Notes: generated by a model from the sequence alone, not told the origin. DNA of 63,676 nucleotides, filler included, from Basidiobolus ranarum (GCA_040143965.1; 22 parts of 22 records of this genome joined end to end with filler, not necessarily neighbours in it), one strand, 5' to 3'. Numbered from the whole stretch's first letter, positions 1-14,543 are shown. Numbers and translations are program-made.

Positions 1-732
1 TATAGGTTTGCCAACCGTGTGTCAACCCCGGAGAAAAGCGGTTTGTCCGAAAGCTTCACTGCTCCGTATCTCGTCATCTATATGTCCATGGGCTACAGAA
101 ACGGAAAGATCGTTAATGTCAAGCATGAACCAGCTGATGAAGGAATTCTATCCAAGCATAACAGAACCTCTTCCAGTCACCAATCTAAAGCTTCAAAGCG
201 TACATTTGATGGGTCTCAAGATGAGGAAAGCGCTCGACTTCACAATCAAATGATAGTTGTAGTTAAGGGATTGTGTCCATGTGTCTATCCTCTCTTGCGG
301 AGTTCAACTGCTGAGACAAAAGGTTGTGATCCAACAGGTCTTAAAATTTTTGAACAGTCAACTCCGCTTTCCATAAGTTTAAAAAAATTGAGCCAATCTT
401 GGATTGATCCTGTTGACGTTGCTTCAGATTCAGATACAAAAAGTATCAAGAGGATGATGCCATTAACGTACTTTAAATGAATCGACATCCCCGCCAGCAG
501 TGAAGCTGATTATGTTCCCTATTGAAAGCATTTTGAAGAGCCATCCAGAGATCATTGATTTATCACATTATTATCATTAACAACTAATGATTTTGAGGTT
601 TTTCTCTGCTTCAAACGTTGCTGAAATGGCCGCAGTAGGTGCGTTGGTTGTGATCATTATAAATAGCTTGTATCATGATATTCCCACAATTTCCTTGCAT
701 AACAAATAGTATTAACACATTTAACTACAGGT

Positions 733-1048
733 TGTTAAAGTATTTGGGAGCCTGTTGGAAGTGGTTTGGAGAATTAGAGACATTGGCATTTTTCACTTGT
801 TGATTTATTGAGTTGAAAGTTGACATTTATAGTTTTGTCAAGATGTAAACAAATTAACTTGTACAATGTGTTAAGGAAAATCCCAGTAACCAATATGCAA
901 AGCTTGGGGCTTCTAACATAATTTGAAATATCTATATATTTAAGTAAAGTCTGATTGAGAATAATGGAAAATATCTTGGGAATTATAAGATAATAAGTAC
1001 TAAGCTATATATGACTATAGAGGTTTTTAGGCAATGTTTATTCCAACA
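733..1048 (-). mobile_element. Copia LTR family A, decayed copy
   Basis: TGTTAAAG...TTCCAACA; aligns by eye to 23430-23777 and 50996-51344. Confidence 0.8.
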
Positions 1049-1792
1049 GCACTCACTTATGTAAAAGAGAAATCAGGGGGTTTAGTAGATGCAATCCAGA
1101 GTGTAAACAATAAAAACAAAAGGATGTATTGTTCACAGTGAAGATCTTTTGATTGCAGAAGAGAAGTTTTTACAAGGAATATTAGCCAATAATGGATAGA
1201 CAATCCAGTGGAGTAACACATTGGATGAATTGCAAATCAAATGTGTATAGCAGCTTTATCTTAATTTGCAATAGGGTAGACACTAAATCAAGACTGAGCA
1301 ATATCATCAGTTGACTTTTCTCTGGCATTTAAACTTGCATTTTGCATAGGGTATGACTCAAGATGCTTGCAAAGCAATTTAATAACCTGAGTTGGTAATG
1401 ATCAGTATATATCTATAAATATAGCAGTAAAATATACAAAGAGAACCCATTGGGGCTAATATACATTGGGTAGTATTTTTTGAGAATACTATTAGAATAA
1501 TTACATATGTGGTACTTCTTGTCCTTGCACTTACATACCTTTGAACTGGTGCAAGTATATTCTAATAAAGATAAGGATGACTTGATCTGGATTGGATTCA
1601 CCCTCTCTAAAAGCAATCCTGTCAGAAAACCATCACAAAATGGTCAACTGATATTTTGCTAGATTAAATAATGGCATGAATGTGGTTTATCAAAGATATT
1701 CTGATGCTATTTAGTCATGTCAAAATATGGATTCTGTATTACTGGCATGAAATATTTATATTTCAAATTAATAGCTTATATACTTTTTTTGA

Positions 1793-2811
1793 TTGCATTT
1801 AGTCCAGGGTTCTACATATGATTGTCACCATGACAATCTAGCAGAGCAGAATATGTGTTGGACTATTAATCCTACACAACAACCCAAACTTGCTTGGGCA
1901 CCTGAAGGTAGAAATCTCATAGGAAAACTGGCAAACCAAAAGACTCTGAATGTCAGAGCTGCCATCACTTGCTCTGATGATGAGTGGAGTAACATTTTGG
2001 AATCTGTGTGGAATCTTGGCCAAAATCACCTTGATTTGAGCCAATTGTGGAAAAACCAAAAACCAGGTGTTACTGTGAAGGTTCTTGACTTATTTCATGT
2101 GGTTTATCCTGGGTTTTTGCAAACAAAAGGCAATTGGTCTAGCATAGGCCTATGCATGAAACATCTCAAAAATGTACACAATGATTGACTTGGAACAGAA
2201 ACAAAAGCAGCTAAAGAAGTACTCAAGGAGCAGGAAGTTAGTCAACCCAAGGCAAAAGCAAAGGAGCCAGTGAGTTTAGGCTCTACTGTCCCACTTACCA
2301 AATTCTTCACACCATTATGAAGATCTGCATTTCCAGAGTCAGATATACTGGCAAAAAAGCTTAATTTCACAAAGTAACTAGGTACACCAGTTGGAAGAGT
2401 GTTAAATTTTGAAGTTTATCCAATACCTGGCATCTTGCAGCAAGCCAAAGCACCAGCAAATAAAACTCATGGCTCTCCAACCTTGACTGGTACTTTTCAA
2501 AGTGTTAAAATTAACCCCAAAGTTAAAGGCAAGCAAAAAGCTGCACAAACACCACAAAGCACCCTGAGTAGTGTCACACTACAAGGACATATGAAAATAG
2601 CAAAAGTGCTTGAGGAGTATTTTCAAAAGTATGAACGGGAAAATGCAGTGTACATATGCACAATGTAGCTTCAGAAGAAGAACATTCAACTTGACATTCA
2701 GTCTGGTGTTGACCATGCAGATATCTGGGAAGAACTTAATACAGAGTGGCACAATATTGCAGGGTATCCACCAGATAGCTGGAAGAATGTTGATTCAGCA
2801 ATGTTTATACA
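1793..2811 (+). mobile_element. Decayed accessory ORF of CACTA/CMC-type transposon
   Basis: ORFs 1793-2188 and 2399-2668 are homologous to 52300-52806(-), 5310-5573(-) and 4960-5298(-); interrupted by stops. Confidence 0.75.
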
Positions 2812-2911
2812 NNNNNNNNNNNNNNNNNNNNNNNNNNNNNNNNNNNNNNNNNNNNTTAATTAATTAANNNNNNNNNNNNNNNNNNNNNNNNNNNNNNNNN
2901 NNNNNNNNNNN
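2812..2911. other. Artificial contig spacer (first of 21)
   Basis: 44N+TTAATTAATTAA+44N. The same 100-nt spacer starts at 5722, 8630, 11537, 14443, 17348, 20252, 23155, 26057, 28958, 31859, 34758, 37655, 40552, 43448, 46342, 49236, 52127, 55018, 57906 and 60792. Contig lengths never increase along the window. Confidence 0.99.
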
Positions 2912-3026
2912 CAGCTATACAAGCAACCAATTGGCCTTAGACTTTGTGTTCAGATGCAGTCACCATACTCCATATTTTCCTCTTTGGGAATTACTGCTTG
3001 TATCACAAGTCACCAGACTTTCAACA
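2912..3026. mobile_element. End of tRNA-bearing LTR, inserted in CACTA/CMC sequence
   Basis: Near-identical to 51971-52085 and ends GACTTTCAACA; followed by CTACTTGTGGCAGG of the transposon 3' region. Confidence 0.85.
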
Positions 3027-5721
3027 CTACTTGTGGCAGGACATTTGTTGACTGCAAGTTGAGGATATATTGGCTGAATTCTTTATGGAAATTTGCCAAA
3101 ATCCAAGAGCTTATTTGCATTGTGAATGGTAATAAGAGTCAGCTATTTGCTAAGTGTCAGTGCTATTCAAAATTTGGGATGTTTAGTAATTTTCACCATT
3201 AGTTTGCTGGTAAAACATATTGATGTTGTTGAGTTATGTCTGATCAGTCACATATGTGCATATGTAGAGTCTAAACACAACAAGGTTCTTGTATTTTTTG
3301 ATTTGCATTATGGCCGGAATACAAAGCCAAAAATATCTAAATAATGCCATGCATATTAATTTGAATTCCTACAGCAGTAAGCCCAGTAACTTACCATTTG
3401 AAAATTTGATTTTTGCAAAAATTGCTGGAAATTAAATAATGCATGCCAAATACAAAGATCAATATTACAACATGTGTGAATATCTTCAAATTACCATCAA
3501 GATGCCACCATCTCACCATCAAAATTGCTGGCAGAATCCAAGCCTACAATATTGTGAAGGTTCTCCAATGGTTTTGCAATCCCAAAGGATGGATCCAATC
3601 TGGTTCAAATTGTTTTTATTTTTGTTACAAAATATATCAGCAAAATCAGTGATGGATGTAACACAATGGGTCAAGCAGACTCCAGAATACATTAAGCTTC
3701 TGACAAAGGGCTCTTTTCAATATGCACATGGGTTTTTGCATTGTTGACACAATAAAAGCAACAAAACCCAATATATGGACTCTGAATAAGTACCTCTATA
3801 ATTTGAACTATTTTGTTTGTGTGGTAATTTGACAGTACTTCTTGGAAAGCTGCAAGACAGACTTCTAGTTGAGATAGATTGAGATATGCAATATTACTGT
3901 TTTATCTGTGAGGTAATCTATTCAAGCAATGACACATCTACTTGTGGCAGGACATTTGTTGATTGTAAGTTAATGATGTTTTGGCTAAATTCTTTGTAGA
4001 AATTTGCCAAAATCTGAGAGCTTATTCTCATTGTAAGTGGTAACAAGAGTCAGTTATTTGCCAAGTGTTTGTGCTATTGAAAGTTTCAGATGTTTAGCAA
4101 TTTTCCACATTTAGTTTGCTGGTAAAGCATATTGATGTTGTTAAGTGATCTCTGCTTAGTCAAGTATGTGCATGTAGAGACTAAGCACAATAGGATTCTT
4201 GTCTTTTTTGATTTGCATTATGGCTGGAACACAAAACCTAAAATATCTAAATAAAGGCATGCAGATTGAATCAAATTCCTATAACAGTAAACCTGGTCAC
4301 TTACCATTCAAAAATTAGTTTATTGCAAAAGTTGTTAGAAATTAAATAACACATGCCAAATATAGGCATCAATATTTTATCATGTATGATTACCATCAAA
4401 ATACCATCAAGAACCCACCATATCACCATCAATATCCCCAGCAGAATGCAAGTGTGGTGATTGCAATGGAAGCAACTTCTGAAGCCTCATCATAGCTACA
4501 TGTTGGATTTGCAGCTTGAATAATTTCCATGTTGTTCTGCAGAGTAGTGTTAAAGTTGGAGAGAAAGTAGGCAGTGAGCAAAGGATAAGAGTCTTGCACT
4601 CCAGCTTTTAGCATATGGCTTTAGAATCTGTTACAGAAGTGTTGGACACCCAATGGAGCATACCAGCAATGAAATGATACTTCATATGAATTTGTGAGTT
4701 TTACCATCCCTACCAGAATTTTCAGGCTGGTTATCATAGAAAAATTGTCACAATTTTAATCCATTTGGCCTGGACCTTTTACTTACCATTATAAAATCAT
4801 CAAGTTAGATTTGATTTTAATCAACTATTTCAGTTTCAGGGGTGGAACTTCAAGATCTTGCAAAATAGTTGAACATGACTGGCTACAATCTTGGAGAACT
4901 ATGGATCAACACATGTGCAAAAAATGTAATTCAAATTTTACATATTTACCACTTGAATGCTAGTTTGTCAACTTTGAAATCCCTAGTTTCTTTGGTATAT
5001 TCTCCTGAATATCTTTATAGAGTTCTTCATACCCAAGGTTTAGATCAGATCCAACACAAGTTTGTTTCATTATCACCATCCAAGCCCACCATTGTAATAA
5101 CATTGCTGAATCAATATTCTTCTTGCCATCTGGCAGATACCCTGCTACATTGTACCACTCTATAATAAGTTCTTCCCATATATCTGCATGGTCAACACCA
5201 AACTGAATGTCAAGTTGAATGTTCTTCTTCTGAAGCCACTTTCTGCATAGATGTACTGTGTTTTTCCCTTCATACGTTTCAAAATACTCATCACGCAATT
5301 TTACTATTTTTATGCATGCTTGTAGTGTGACACTACTGAGGGTGCTTTGTGGTGTTTGTGCAGCTTTTGCATGCCTTTGAGTTTGGGGCTAATTTCAATA
5401 TTTTTAAAAGCACCAGTTAATCTTGGAAAGCAATGAGTTTTGTTTGCTGATGTTTTGGCATGTTGAGAGGTTCTAGGTGTTGGATAAACTTCCAAATTTA
5501 GCAATCTTCCAACTGGTGTATCTGGTTCCCCAGTAAAATTAAGCTTTTTTGCCAGTATATCTGACTCTGCCAATATAGATCACTGTACCCTAACAGAAAC
5601 TTGAGGATTGTTATTGTAGGAAAACCATCACAATTTTAATCCATTTGGGATTGACCATTTACTTACCATCATAAAATCATCAAGTTAGATTTGATTTTAA
5701 TCAATTTTTTCAGTTTCAGGA
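3027..5721 (+). mobile_element. Cluster of nested CACTA/CMC-type transposon fragments
   Basis: Right end near 3630 (TTTTGTTACAA) is followed by a second copy of the 3' region. Left ends CCCTA(A/C)CAGAA at 4708 and 5588; accessory ORF remnants 4960-5573(-). Confidence 0.8.
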
Positions 5722-7160
5722 NNNNNNNNNNNNNNNNNNNNNNNNNNNNNNNNNNNNNNNNNNNNTTAATTAATTAANNNNNNNNNNNNNNNNNNNNNNN
5801 NNNNNNNNNNNNNNNNNNNNNCTTATTGATTGGTGGTCTGTTCGTTGAGAATCCTTTCCTAATAACAATCAAATGGCAACGACTCGTTATGTGGAGAATT
5901 CGTCGTAGAGTCCCAACACTAGTAATACTAATGAACACCCGGTGTTTAGTTTCTGTACGTTTAATCCCTGTCGGACTTTGAGTCAGGTTATATATATCAC
6001 CATTATATAATCAGCTGTCTTCAATTACACTTAGTGGTTCACTCCAATAGATCGCTTGATAGAGAAACCGATGTTTCTTAATCAGCAAATTAAAGTCATC
6101 ATCCTTCTAAAATACAAATGGCTGAAAGAGGACAACATGGAAATACAATCGGTGGAGCCGTATGGTATTGCGGCAAGGGTCCTGATCATTGGGTGCCCGT
6201 TAGTGGAAAAAGTACATACAATTGTGTGTACGCTGATTGGTAGAGAGGAAGGAAATGAACTCCAATGTCTAAACTTCCATACAAGACAGGTTTTAGCCCG
6301 CTCGCTGTAAAAGGGCAGTTATTAATATCACAGTAATGTACATTCCATATTGATCAAATTGACTGATTGTTAGTTTGCGGATTTGCTAGCAGCCGATATT
6401 ATATTCTCTTGCAACATCCAGTCACTGTGAAATAACTCACAATCGAGAGTCACATGGTTGAGCATATTAAGGGTACCGGGATATACACAACGCGTGAATC
6501 CATAATTCCAGAAGCCTCTAGTACGCGTTTGGCAAACGCTTGATTCCCTCCGCATATGCAATGGAAAGAGCTAGTGATTTGGTTGGCTCCGTATAATCGT
6601 AATCGATATGGAGAGGCACACTCAATTGTTGATAAATTAAATCCAACAAACAATAACGCTGTCACAGTATAACTAGGATAATTGAATTTATAATGGCTCT
6701 ACTTTGCATGTAGTTGATGCATATGTGAAGTTAGACTCCCTTCCAAGTAAACAATAGATGTAGTTAAAATGAAAGCCTCTAGCCATGTGGCTGACCGCAG
6801 GGGCTTAACAAACCGCCTGCTTAACTTCAATTTCGTAAGGTTTTGGATTTCGGCTCCTATTTTAAACTGATAACTCAATCTTAGATTATGCTTCAATACC
6901 AATCTTAAGTACTGATGAGTCTTCTAAGAAATCAAGGAACCAACCGAGAAGTGAGACAGTTGAGTGACTCGTATTGGATAAACTGATCTTTTTCAACCAA
7001 CTAATGGAAGTTATCATCAAGTTAATATATTATTTTAAGTTACTTTACATGGGCATTTCCATTCTATATCATTCTATATCCATTCAATGAGCCATCTCCT
7101 GGCGACCCAAAAAACTATATAAGAGTGAGGTCTGCCATTTGTTCACTACATAAAATAACG

Positions 7161-8465
7161 ATGCGTTACAATAGTCCACTTACACAGGTGCTCCTTGTGG
7201 GCCTTGTCTGCTTCTGCTGTCCCGGTATGTTTAATGTTATTAATGGTATGGGTGCTGGTGGACAAATGGATGATAACACTGCTAAAAATGGAAATGTTGC
7301 TCTATACGCTTGCTTTGCTGTATTCGGTTACTTTGGTGGCGGATTTTATAATATCCTTGGAGGTCGCTTGTGCCTATTATTTGGTGGTCTTTCTTACGCT
7401 CTATATTCTGGTTCTCTTCTCAACTACAACAATACTGGCAATGCTGCTTTCGTTATTGGTGCTAGTGCAGTACTCGGTATTGGTGCTGGTATCCTATGGA
7501 CTACACAGGGTGTGGTGATGATGGCGTATCCAGCTGAGGATCAGAAGGGACGATGCGTAGGTCTTTTCTGGATCATTTTCAACCTTGGTGGTGTCATGGG
7601 AGCTTTCATTCCATTTGGCTTGAATTTTCACTCCGATTCTGGAGCTGTGAGCAACTCGACTTACCTAGCATTCTTAGTGATCATGGTTGTAGGTGCTGTT
7701 ATAGGTCTTGCCTTACTTCCACCTGAGAAAGTTGTCCGTGATGATGGCAGTCGTGTTCATGTTGAGAAATTTAGTAACATCTGGCACGAAATCATTGAAA
7801 TTTTAAAACTCTTCACAGACAAATATATGCTTTTACTCATTCCCATGTGTCTAGCATCGAACTGGTTTTATTCGTACCAGTTCGGAGATGTCAATGGAGT
7901 TTTGTTCAACCTTCGTACCAGATCATTCAATAACGCCTTCTATTGGGGCTCGCAAATGATAGGAGCCTATGCTTTGGGCTCATTTCTCGATAGTCCTCGC
8001 TTTGGAAGACGTGCGAGAGCACTTTATGGCCTCACTATAGTGGGGGTATTTTTCACTGCTACGTGGGCTGGTGGCCTCGCTCTTCAACTTCAGTACACGC
8101 GTGAAAATCATCCTAAAGACATCGACTTCATTGATAATCCTGGGCCCTTCTGGCCCAAATGGTTGTTGTATTTGTGTTATGGTCTTTGTGATGCTGCTCT
8201 TCAAACGTACGCCTATTGGATCATGGGGGCATTGTCAAACGATTCGACCCTATTAGCCAGATATGCAGGATTCTACAAGGGACTGCAATCTGCAGGTGGA
8301 GCTATTGCTTGGAGAATTGATGCGGTCAACACTCCGTTCCAAACACAGCTCATAATCTCCTGGGCATTATTTACTGTCTCTTTACCCTTTACTTTTATGA
8401 TTGCCAAGGATATCAAGGAAACCAACAACATCCAAGAATCCACTGAAAAGTCACAGGCCCCATAG
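7161..8465 (+). CDS. UNC-93-like MFS transporter
   Basis: Intronless, ATG at 7161; family-typical QVLLVGLVCFCCPGMFN, GAGILWT.QG, ASNWFYSYQF, GFYKGLQSAG; multiple hydrophobic helices. Confidence 0.9.
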   Translation: MRYNSPLTQVLLVGLVCFCCPGMFNVINGMGAGGQMDDNTAKNGNVALYACFAVFGYFGGGFYNILGGRLCLLFGGLSYALYSGSLLNYNNTGNAAFVIGASAVLGIGAGILWTTQGVVMMAYPAEDQKGRCVGLFWIIFNLGGVMGAFIPFGLNFHSDSGAVSNSTYLAFLVIMVVGAVIGLALLPPEKVVRDDGSRVHVEKFSNIWHEIIEILKLFTDKYMLLLIPMCLASNWFYSYQFGDVNGVLFNLRTRSFNNAFYWGSQMIGAYALGSFLDSPRFGRRARALYGLTIVGVFFTATWAGGLALQLQYTRENHPKDIDFIDNPGPFWPKWLLYLCYGLCDAALQTYAYWIMGALSNDSTLLARYAGFYKGLQSAGGAIAWRIDAVNTPFQTQLIISWALFTVSLPFTFMIAKDIKETNNIQESTEKSQAP

Positions 8466-8729
8466 GTATCGAAGAATTACATATCATTTTTGAACATCAG
8501 TTGTGTTTATGGGCATTTCATCGTAATGGTATGAAATGCCAAGACCACTATTCCCCAAATCTACGGTGTCAGGGGCCAATCTATGGAGACTGGATTATAT
8601 TTGGTTATCACTAACCCTCACCCCCACTCNNNNNNNNNNNNNNNNNNNNNNNNNNNNNNNNNNNNNNNNNNNNTTAATTAATTAANNNNNNNNNNNNNNN
8701 NNNNNNNNNNNNNNNNNNNNNNNNNNNNN

Positions 8730-10500
8730 CGAGAACCCAGCTGCTACTCCTATACCTGTTTGTATGTTTGTGAACACGGTCACCAGAAATGCCAGTAGAC
8801 AGGACACCATGTCAGTTCCTGAAGGTGAAGAATAGGTGGTTAGCCTTGTCATGGTATGAAAAGGAATCATAGCGAGGCTAAAGCAAGCAATCATTGCAAA
8901 ACCATTTGTCACTTACTCTGAATTGTCCATAGCTGCTGGTACATCTTGTAATCATAGATCAATGGCATGATACTGACAATGATTACAGCGGCAAGGGTGG
9001 CCTTAGGGACATAGTACATCACCGGTGGTAAGAAGTTCATACTAAGCATTACAATGATGGCTGTGAGAATTCCACTTGCCGGGGTTTTGGCCCCCGATTG
9101 GGATATCACGGCTGAGCGCGATAGTCCTCCTGTGACTGGATATGCACTGAAGAAACTATTGGAAAGGTTACAGATCCCAACGGCAAACAGTTCCTGGCTA
9201 CTGTCAACTTTGTAGTGGCTTAGACGGGCTATGTGATTACAGAGGATTGTGAAGGTTAGTCAAGTCAATCCATAAATGAAGGATGAATGCTATCAAGTGT
9301 GAGGCGAACAGTATGAATGGGCAGGGGCTTGAGCACTTACCATATGTTCGAGAACCAGATATATGTTCCATGATCGCTACAAGAACACCCACAATCGATG
9401 GTGTAAGTACCTCGGAAATAAAGCCACTATTCAGTCGAGGTATCGATGGTTTCGGAAACCCTTCGGGGATTTTACCTAGAACGGTGATCGCTCCATTCTC
9501 TTGCACTTTGCTCACAATGAAAGCAATCAAGATGTATACAATAACCACGATTGCACTCCGGCCAATTCCCACCATCTTGACTGCTGGGTGTATATAGCTG
9601 AACCGATTTGAAAGGCTCTTCAGTATTATCATCATGGCTATACCGCTGAACCCAACCAATGCATCTTGCCAGCGTGTTCTATTTAGCGCATTAATGATCA
9701 CTTTCAGTACATCGGCAAGTGGACCCTGGGCCTTTGCTCCAGATATTCCTAGAAGTGAGGGGATCTATGAATGGAGGTGGATACAAGATATGCCATGTTA
9801 GTCTGATGTTCTTCAAATCACATAGGTATTCACTTAAGCGTACAGTCACAAACGATTGAAAATCTTACCTGACTAAAGAAGATTGTAACCGCCGCTCCTG
9901 CCGTAAACCCTTTCGTCACTGGAATGGATATCAAATCAAGGATGATACCCAGCTTCAGCAAACCTAGGCAAATCAGGATGCAGCCCATGAAGAAAGTCAT
10001 GGTGACTACACATTCGATAGGGTCCAGTCCTCTTGATACGAGTGTGTCCAAGGTGATGCCCACATATAAGGACAATACTGCAGATGGTCCGATCGAGATA
10101 TCCTTGGCGGTCCCAAAGAGACAGTACAAAGCAGTACCAACGAAACAAGAATAGAGCCCGTATTGCAGAGGAATTGTGGCCAGCTGCGCGTATGCTAGTG
10201 CCTATATATCATACGTGGAGCAGATCATGTTAGTTTAGTTGTTTTATATTCGATGATAGTGTTGCTCCGATCGAGATTCAAATCTCTCAGGAGTTTCACT
10301 TTGCAATGAACGCTGTAAGTACGGACCTGGGGGACAATCAAGATGCCAATGGTGATACCTGCAATCAGATCACCTATCAACCATTTCTTGTTGTAATGGG
10401 GTGCCCATGAGAGGATTGGGAAGTGTCGCTTGACGATATTTCCAAAGTTAATCTCTCTAGCCTCAGTAATCTCTTGAATGAAATCTGGCACTTGAATCAT
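8730..10500 (-). CDS. SulP/SLC26 sulfate permease, 3'-truncated at contig end
   Basis: GDLIAGITIG..IVPQ|ALAYAQLA..P.QYGLY, GTAKDISIGP, TGGLSRSA..SQSG. Exons approx 10500-10327, 10201-9869, 9764-9341, 9228-8917 and 8818-8730, with GT-AG introns. Confidence 0.92.
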
Positions 10501-13500
10501 CTCAGCCCTTTGTATTTGGATAATCAGTGGTAGTCCAAGGAAAGATATAACGCAGAGTAGAGATAGCCGAAGCGATATTGAAAGAGCAGCTTGTGCGAGT
10601 ATTTATTCTTAAGTTAGCAATCAGAGTGTATGCATCGTTGATCTACTTTGCACTTCAGATTTGATATATAGAACCCAAATTATACTCTCGAATTTAGGAA
10701 CATGCTGTTTTACTCCTTATTATCGAACAAAAACTGGATTATTGACCTGTTAGGAATCTCCCCTTGATAGTTGTTTCGTTTATTTACAGCTCAGATGGTC
10801 TTGCCCTTAATCCATTTTGATATTTCGTAGATTTTCTATTTGAACACGAATAGTAGTTAATCAATATTGTTACGCTAATCCTTTCAAGCAAATGAGAGTT
10901 AACCTGGACGTTTTATTTAAACTCAATAAAAACTCATTAATAGTGCGAATATAATGCCATGTACCCCGCAGTTCGCTACTTTTAACCATGCATCAGCTTC
11001 CATTGTTCTTGAACTCTACTACTATTCCCTTAAACTGATTAACAAATGTTTCTTGTGAGCCGAAATATTCACTAGTGTTGGATTTTCAGCACCGTGAATA
11101 ACCGTTTCAATTAATTGTTAACTTTCTACTCACTATTTGAGAAAAACGTATCTCTCTTTCCAATTAATTATTATGGGGCCAAGAATTATAGGGGTTGAAT
11201 CTAATTCCATTCAGGAGCAATATCTGAAATATGAGTTGAGACTATATATATATATATCCCATGAAACAAATAATGAAACAAACTATGAAACAAAACTTGC
11301 TGTTACTACATAGACCAGGATTGGAGTGGCTTTAGAAACATCGGTTTTGCTACACTGATATATAATCAGGTATAAGCCATGTTAGAAAGTCTTTGATTGA
11401 AGTCATCTTATCTTTGTTGGAACGTTCTATTAGTACTAATCTACTAAAAGAAGCTTGCATTAACTCGGTCATTGCGTCAATTTTAACATATTCATATCTG
11501 CATGATTAAGGTATAGGAGTAGCAGCTGGGTTCTTANNNNNNNNNNNNNNNNNNNNNNNNNNNNNNNNNNNNNNNNNNNNTTAATTAATTAANNNNNNNN
11601 NNNNNNNNNNNNNNNNNNNNNNNNNNNNNNNNNNNNATATGATTCAGTATTGTTACAATATCTCAAAAGATTGATGTCTTGATTGTCACTTTGTTTAGAT
11701 TAGTATTTAAGCTAAATAAAGTCTACACCATCTGGTGCTTTTCATCCGCCCTTCTACTTTGCAACATTCATACCAATACTCCAGAACTTCACACTTTAAT
11801 TAAGAAACTACAAAAGTAGTTATGTCTTCTTTGTTTTGTTTGAAATAAAGATTTCACCTGTTGGTGACTGTCTCACCCCTCTCCACTTATTACAAAATTC
11901 ATGAAAGACTTCTACATTTCCCAAGCTGAAAGGCTTCATCCCCAAACTTTTATTTTATATGATGAGATTTGGGAAGCAGCTTTAAAAGGACTCAATTAAT
12001 TCTCCTACCAATTTTATTTCTATCTTGTCTTCTTTATTTATTTGGGTTGTCTAACTTGAGATAAATAAAGATTACTACTTCTGGTGCTATCATCCCCCTC
12101 CTAAGAAATTGCTATCCTAAATGGCACTTCACTTGCTATACTGGTTTGCCTCATTAGAGCTCATATCTCCACATGTTTTCTATGCTCTTCCATATGGGTG
12201 TTTCATATGGCATATCTGCGATAGAGACGCATCATCTATTGGAACTACCTATCACATGGTCAACTCGAAGTATACAAGAAATATACACATATTAGCGAAG
12301 TTTTATGTAAGTTTCGGATTTGGCCTAATTAATGTTGGTTAATACAGTTTAGCCCCTAAAGAAGTATTCAATATATTGCTAACATTTTTTTTTGTCTTCG
12401 CTGCAAATGTATGAATGTTTGGTTCAGGCCATGTAATATCCATTTGCACAATAAATCTATTTCTTGATATAATCTAGGAGTATATAGTATCTTGTGCTCA
12501 TAGGACTGAATCTCTTTGCTTGGCTAATTATAGATGTTTCAAACACTCAGTGTTAAACATTTTGCACTTGAAGCTAATTTAGGGGCATGTCGGAAAAATA
12601 AATGTTCCCGTCATGTTTCGGCATCTTCAGCTCCGCATGATATTTACCTACAATTGCCACGGAATGGCTCAACGTAGCCTTGTGGTATACAGATATAATA
12701 GCCGATGTGATATCACATCTACACTTAAATATCCCACCCCTATGTTCCCAGGCCCAAGTGATCTATTGGTATATAGGAAGGATATTATTGTGTTTGTTAT
12801 GGGCAAATGATTTTGGATCAGGAGCAGATCCTGTTTCTCAATTCAAGAAATCGTCGATCTAAGGCTCCACAAGCCAATCATGCTTGAGGTAATGATTTCG
12901 CACTCGGTTGGATTCATTGAGCTACCATTGTCATTAAAGCGGGCCGTAAATCACACACTAAAGATCCCTATTTTGTCCTTGGTCGGACAGAAAAAAGGTT
13001 TACACACAGCCAGGCCACTAGAAAGTGTATGCTTCATTGGTGCAAGTATGAGTTGAACAAATGGTGGGTATTCCGCAGTTAAGGCAATCAAAGTTCTCTA
13101 CCAATAAGGCTTGCGACTCAACTGAGTTATCACTGGAATCAAGGCAGATTGTTGAACAAGACTATTTCTCTTACTGACGAACGGCAATCCCGACGATGTG
13201 AGTCATCCCTGAAGACCAGTGCTATACAACATTTTCCCAAGTGTTTTGAATTGCTAGGGCGGCACATCCGTAGTCAAAGGCCTGGGGGGAAACTCATGAA
13301 TCAACACCCCTCAGATGAATGTTACACCATCTACAGTGACTCTCAGTGTACAATGAACAGCTGAGAGCGTGTCATAATGCAGATGAGTTCTATGATTACT
13401 AATTGAAAAAAAAGCATAAAAATGCCACTTCCCCCATAAATTCGAATCAGCCTTTCTTGCAATCTTTCACTTTCCTGATCATTTGTATCAGACCACCCCA

Positions 13501-13508
13501 CAAAAATA

Positions 13509-14442
13509 ATGAAGTATCCAATAGAAAAACCAGCATTCATTGAGAAATTGACTCGATCAGCCATCATGTCCTGTATTGCTGGCATGATGATCCTGTGGGT
13601 GTCATTTGGCGTGCGCCAAAGCTTTGGCCTGTACATGATCCCAATTACACAAGAATATGGCTGGAGTCGATCCACATTCTCAATTGCTGCTGCCTTACTA
13701 CAGCTATTCTGGGGGTGTTCGCAGCCATTTCTAGTATACCTGGCCGAGCGATATGTTGGCTTTGGAAAAACGATATTCTTCACCTCCATCCTTTACGGCA
13801 TCGGATGCATCGTGATGCAATTATGCTCACCGAATCAACCTGGACTCTTCATTTTCGCTATGGGCATCGTTGTTGGTGGAGCTGCTGGTGGAAACAGCTT
13901 TCCAAATGTTCTAGCATCCATCGGTCGACGCTTTGTTCGTGGGAGTGATCAACAATCGATGGCCTTTGGTATTGTCTCTGCCTTTGGCAGTTTTGGCCAA
14001 GGTTTCTTTTTGCCAGTATCGAATGTCATGATTCACAACATTGGATGGAAAAATACATTGCTCATTCTTGGTAAATATCAATGATCCTCTCAACCTCTAA
14101 TTTATGCCGTAACTAAGACTCCTTTGTTTCTATTTAGGAATTTTGGCCGTGGCTGTCAGTCCTTTTGCTTTCTTCCTACAGACTGTAGAGCCAGTTTCTG
14201 CAGAATCAACTTTGAAATCTGAGGAGAAAGATGAGGAGCAACCCAATCCTGATGAGTTCAAAGAAGCCGCCATTTCCAATGAGCCACAGACAATCAGTGC
14301 AGCGCTTAAAGAAGGATTTTCATCGTTGACATTTTGGCTGATCATTCTCGGATATAGCGTGTGCGGATTTCACGTAAGTTTTATCGCGACTCATTTGCCA
14401 GCATATCTGGTTGGCAATGGGCTCGATGGATCCGTCGCGGCT
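13509..14442 (+). CDS. MFS transporter (bacterial-like subfamily), 3'-truncated
   Basis: GVRQSFGLY...GWSRSTFS...FWG.SQPF and FWLIILGYSVCGFHVSFIATHLPAYL; one GT-AG intron approx 14070-14137. Confidence 0.88.
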
Positions 14443-14543
14443 NNNNNNNNNNNNNNNNNNNNNNNNNNNNNNNNNNNNNNNNNNNNTTAATTAATTAANN
14501 NNNNNNNNNNNNNNNNNNNNNNNNNNNNNNNNNNNNNNNNNNT

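Noticed and set aside
8-488. Overlapping ORFs at the window start
   Set aside because: No recognisable motifs; the two plus-strand ORFs lack ATG starts
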